Assembly (NCBI GenBank): GCA_041752695.1
Contig: JBGSVZ010000103.1
Span: 1-26,991, forward strand
From: Terrimicrobiaceae bacterium
GTDB lineage: Bacteria > Verrucomicrobiota > Verrucomicrobiia > Chthoniobacterales > Terrimicrobiaceae
Length of the DNA stretch: 26,991 nucleotides
Direction of reading: 5' to 3'
A program made the position numbers and the translations under genes. Under the pieces are notes generated by a model. The model saw nothing but the letters and a program-made list of their open reading frames with translations. It had not been told where the DNA came from and searched no databases. Below, piece by piece: positions 24,091 to 26,991 of the stretch (positions are counted from its first letter, which is position 1; the number at the start of each line of letters is the position of its first letter).

Positions 24091-24708
24091 CTACCCGTCG
24101 ATGGTCAGTTCCGCGATGGCGGCCATCACGCGGTCGCTGAGGCGTTGGTACGTATCGCGGGTGGTGGGTTCGATGTCATCGCGAGTGAAGTGGATCGGTT
24201 TGCCGATGACGACGGTGATCGGGCCGCAGCGGGGGAGTTTGGAACCCTTGGGGAAGGCTTCGTAAGCGCCGAAGATGCGCATGGGCAGGACGGGGGCCAT
24301 GGTTTTGGCGATGACGAGGCCGATGCCGGCGCGGGCCGGTTGCAGGTTGCCATCCTTCGAGCGGGTGCCTTCGGGAAACAGGACAACGCCGTGGCCTTCG
24401 CGGATTTTTTTAATCACCTCGCGCAGGGCGGACATGTCGTTGCCGTCGCGTTCGACGGGGATGACATTCATGTCGGGAAAGAGTGGACCGAAAAACGGCC
24501 ATTTCAGGAGGTTGGCGCGGGCCAGGTAATAGACGGCGCGTTTTGAGCAGATGCCGGCCAGCGGGGGATCGACAAAGCTGGAGTGGTTGACCGCGATGAT
24601 GAGCGGCCCCTCCTCGATCATCCGCTCGGGGTGAACGATTTTTCGGGAGAAAAACAGGTCGCCGAGAAAGCGGGCGAGGTTGGCAAAGATGTTGTAGACG
24701 ATCGTCAT
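24091..24708 (-). CDS. plsC: 1-acyl-sn-glycerol-3-phosphate acyltransferase
   Basis: NHSSFVD (HxxxxD) and FPEGTRS; follows cmk with an ATGA overlap. Confidence 0.9.
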   Translation of the reverse strand: MTIVYNIFANLARFLGDLFFSRKIVHPERMIEEGPLIIAVNHSSFVDPPLAGICSKRAVYYLARANLLKWPFFGPLFPDMNVIPVERDGNDMSALREVIKKIREGHGVVLFPEGTRSKDGNLQPARAGIGLVIAKTMAPVLPMRIFGAYEAFPKGSKLPRCGPITVVIGKPIHFTRDDIEPTTRDTYQRLSDRVMAAIAELTIDG

Positions 24709-25355
24709 CGCACGGGCACGATGAAACCGCCGAGTTTGAGGCGGCCGATCACTTCGCCCACCACGCCATCAACCGTGAGGTGGGTGCTATCGATCATGAG
24801 GGCATCCTCGGCAATGACCAGGGGGGCGTTGGGACGCGAGGAATCGATGCGGTCGCGCACGGCGATCTCGTCTTGTTGTCCCTGCGCGAGACGGCGCTGT
24901 TTGCGCACCTCGGGGGAGGCGTCGATGTAAAATTTGTACGGTGTGTCGGGAAAAACGACGGACCCGATGTCGCGGCCTTCCATCACGGTGTCGCGTTGGG
25001 CGGCGAGGCTGTGGAGATGGCTGGTGATGAGATCACGCACGGCCTGCACGCGGGAAACCGGGGAGACGCTGCGGTTGACGGCGTCGTCGCGCAGATGGAA
25101 CGGGGCGTCGTTGCCCTCGATGCGCAGAAACGCGTCGTCGCCGTCGAAGCCGGATTCGAGACGACCGCGCGCTATCGCCTCCGCGACCGCTTCGGGAACG
25201 AGCGGGTCGGCTCCGGCCTCCAGGACCCACCACGTCAGCAGGCGGTAGAAGGCGCCGGAATTGACATACCCAAAGCCCAGACGGCGCGAGAGTTCGCGCG
25301 CCACGCTGCTTTTGCCGGACGCCGCCGGACCGTCGATGGCGATGAGGGTTTTCAC
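24705..25355 (-). CDS. cmk: Cytidylate kinase
   Basis: IAIDGPAASGKSS, SGAFYR, VMEGRDIGSVVFPD, RDRIDSSR..APL. Confidence 0.95.
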   Translation of the reverse strand: MKTLIAIDGPAASGKSSVARELSRRLGFGYVNSGAFYRLLTWWVLEAGADPLVPEAVAEAIARGRLESGFDGDDAFLRIEGNDAPFHLRDDAVNRSVSPVSRVQAVRDLITSHLHSLAAQRDTVMEGRDIGSVVFPDTPYKFYIDASPEVRKQRRLAQGQQDEIAVRDRIDSSRPNAPLVIAEDALMIDSTHLTVDGVVGEVIGRLKLGGFIVPVR

Positions 25356-26749
25356 TTTTTCCGGCCTTTTTTTCCGCCGTTGAGCGAGGAGATGACGGGG
25401 GTGCGGCGACTGAGGACGCTGTTGCCCTTCAGGACCTGTTTCAGCGTGACGTCAAAGCCGGGATACGAGGTGCGCACGCAGGCCGTGTCCTCAATGACGG
25501 TTTCGCCCGAGGCAAAGAGTCCGGCGATGGCGAAGGCCATGGCGATGCGGTGATCGCCGTAGCTCGGGAGTTTGGCCCCCTTGAGTTTGGCTCCGCCGAC
25601 GATGCGCATACCGTCGTCAAATTCTTCGACCTCGACGCCCATGGCACGGAGGTTGGTGGCGACGGCGGCGATGCGGTCGGTTTCCTTCACGCGCAGTTCC
25701 CGGGCGTCGCGGATGATGGTTTCGCCCTCGGCCAGCGCGCCGGCGACAGCAAGGATGGGGATTTCGTCGATGACGTTGGGAATTTCCGCGCCTTCGATGA
25801 TGGTGCCGTGCAGGCGGCTGCCTTTGATGTCAATGATGCCGCAGGGTTCGCCATGCTCGGCGACCTCGACGACCTCCCGCACCCGGGCGCCCATCCGGAC
25901 GAGGACGTCGAGCATGCCGGTGCGGGTGGGATTGAGACCGACGTTTTTAATGAGGAGGCGGGAACCGGGCTGGGCGGCGGCCGCGACCAGCCAAAAAGCG
26001 GCGCTGGAAATGTCTCCGGGGACGGCGAAGTCGCGGGACTCCAGCGACTGGCCGCCGAGGAGCGTGATGCGGCATTCGGCGGGCCGGCGGTTTTTGTCGG
26101 GGCGCACTTCCTCGCGGCGCAGTTTCACGAGAAAATACTCCAGCATGCGCTCGGTGTGATCGCGACTGGGAGCGGGTTCGATCACGTTCGTGACGCCTTT
26201 GGCATACAGTCCGGCGAGCAGAATGGCGCTCTTCACCTGGGCGCTGGCGACGGGCGTGTGGTAGGTGATGGCCTGGAGCGGGCGGCCTTCGATGACAAGA
26301 GGGGGCGTGTCTTTATCTCCGGCGGCGGTGATTTTTGCCCCCATCTGGGTGAGGGGTTCGATGACGCGGCGCATCGGGCGGACGGAGAGGGAGGCGTCGC
26401 CAGTGAGGCGGGACGTAAAGGGCTGCGCGGCGAGGATACCGGTCATGAGCCGCATGGTCGTGCCGGAGTTTCCGCAGTCGATCTCGGCTTCGGGCGCGGT
26501 GAATTTGCCGTGCGAACCGTGCACGACCACCAGGCCGGGCTCGGGTTGTTCGATGGTCACGCCGAGCTGGCGGAAGGCCTGGGCGGTGCTGAGGCAGTCT
26601 TCGCCTTCGAGGAAGTTGGTGATTTTGCACACGCCGTTGGAGAGCGCGGCAAACATGATGGCGCGATGCGAGATGCTCTTGTCGCCGGGAACGGTGATTT
26701 CCGTTTCCAGCGGCGAGGCTCGTTTGACGCGCAGGGTTTCCGATTTCAT
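25352..26749 (-). CDS. aroA: 3-phosphoshikimate 1-carboxyvinyltransferase (EPSP synthase)
   Basis: PGDKSISHRA, DCGNSGTTMRL, RPMRRV, SAQVKS, RDHTERML, PGDISSAAF, NPTR, IDEIP, LRVKETDRI, DHRIAM. Start ATG 26749 overlaps the tyrA stop. Confidence 0.97.
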   Translation of the reverse strand: MKSETLRVKRASPLETEITVPGDKSISHRAIMFAALSNGVCKITNFLEGEDCLSTAQAFRQLGVTIEQPEPGLVVVHGSHGKFTAPEAEIDCGNSGTTMRLMTGILAAQPFTSRLTGDASLSVRPMRRVIEPLTQMGAKITAAGDKDTPPLVIEGRPLQAITYHTPVASAQVKSAILLAGLYAKGVTNVIEPAPSRDHTERMLEYFLVKLRREEVRPDKNRRPAECRITLLGGQSLESRDFAVPGDISSAAFWLVAAAAQPGSRLLIKNVGLNPTRTGMLDVLVRMGARVREVVEVAEHGEPCGIIDIKGSRLHGTIIEGAEIPNVIDEIPILAVAGALAEGETIIRDARELRVKETDRIAAVATNLRAMGVEVEEFDDGMRIVGGAKLKGAKLPSYGDHRIAMAFAIAGLFASGETVIEDTACVRTSYPGFDVTLKQVLKGNSVLSRRTPVISSLNGGKKGRKK

Positions 26750-26991
26750 GGCAGGGTGTCCCGCACACTTTTGGCGCGGGAGAGAAAAGTTTCCAAGGCC
26801 GGGGCGTCGTTGGAAAGAAGGATTGTCTTCAAATCGTCCAGCGTGGCCGAAAAATCCTCCAGGCTGGCGAGCAGACCGGCTTTGTTTTCCAAAAAAATCT
26901 CGCTCCACATCGCCGGGGGTCCCGCCGCAATGCGGGTGCTGTCTCGGTAGCCGCCGCCGGCCAAGGCCTCCGCCCCGCCGCCGTTGCGGGC
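26746..26991 (-). CDS. tyrA: Prephenate/arogenate dehydrogenase, C-terminal part (truncated by window edge)
   Basis: AGGGYRDSTRIAAGPPAMWSEIFLENK matches the TyrA GxGfRDxTRiA...W..I..N motif; directly upstream of aroA. Confidence 0.85.
   Translation of the reverse strand, partial: ARNGGGAEALAGGGYRDSTRIAAGPPAMWSEIFLENKAGLLASLEDFSATLDDLKTILLSNDAPALETFLSRAKSVRDTLP

Noticed and set aside
25550..26950. 466-aa plus-strand ORF
   Set aside because: Antisense shadow of aroA.

Overview
GC-rich bacterial DNA, most likely Verrucomicrobiota (inferred from a PEP-CTERM/autotransporter-repeat protein, an XylR-type regulator, an exbB-exbD-TPR block and the style of intergenic repeats). Left to right: (1) a probable island end, carrying a PEP-CTERM surface protein divergent from an XylR/AraC regulator and closed by two tRNA-Gly-like 3'-end fragments that bracket a structured ~120-bp element; (2) a ribose-type sugar ABC operon divergent from a membrane Ser/Thr kinase; (3) a long minus-strand run, exbB-exbD-TPR-exported protein-HlyD adaptor-fabZ-like-tauE-DUF1634-MFS; (4) uvrC with an in-frame heptamer-repeat insertion; (5) a lipoprotein cytochrome c overlapping head-to-head with a PQQ-type sugar dehydrogenase; (6) a small defence islet made of an antitoxin, an internally deleted RelE/ParE-like toxin, and a NaeI-family R-M system with a controller HTH gene; its methyltransferase starts 1 nt after the last gene of (7) the housekeeping operon tyrA-aroA-cmk-plsC. 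The least explained signals are several small repeat elements, one of which is spanned by a 38-aa mini-ORF coupled to both neighbouring genes. No CRISPR array, intact RNA gene, integrase or transposase was seen. All family assignments come from motif recognition by eye; no searches were run.
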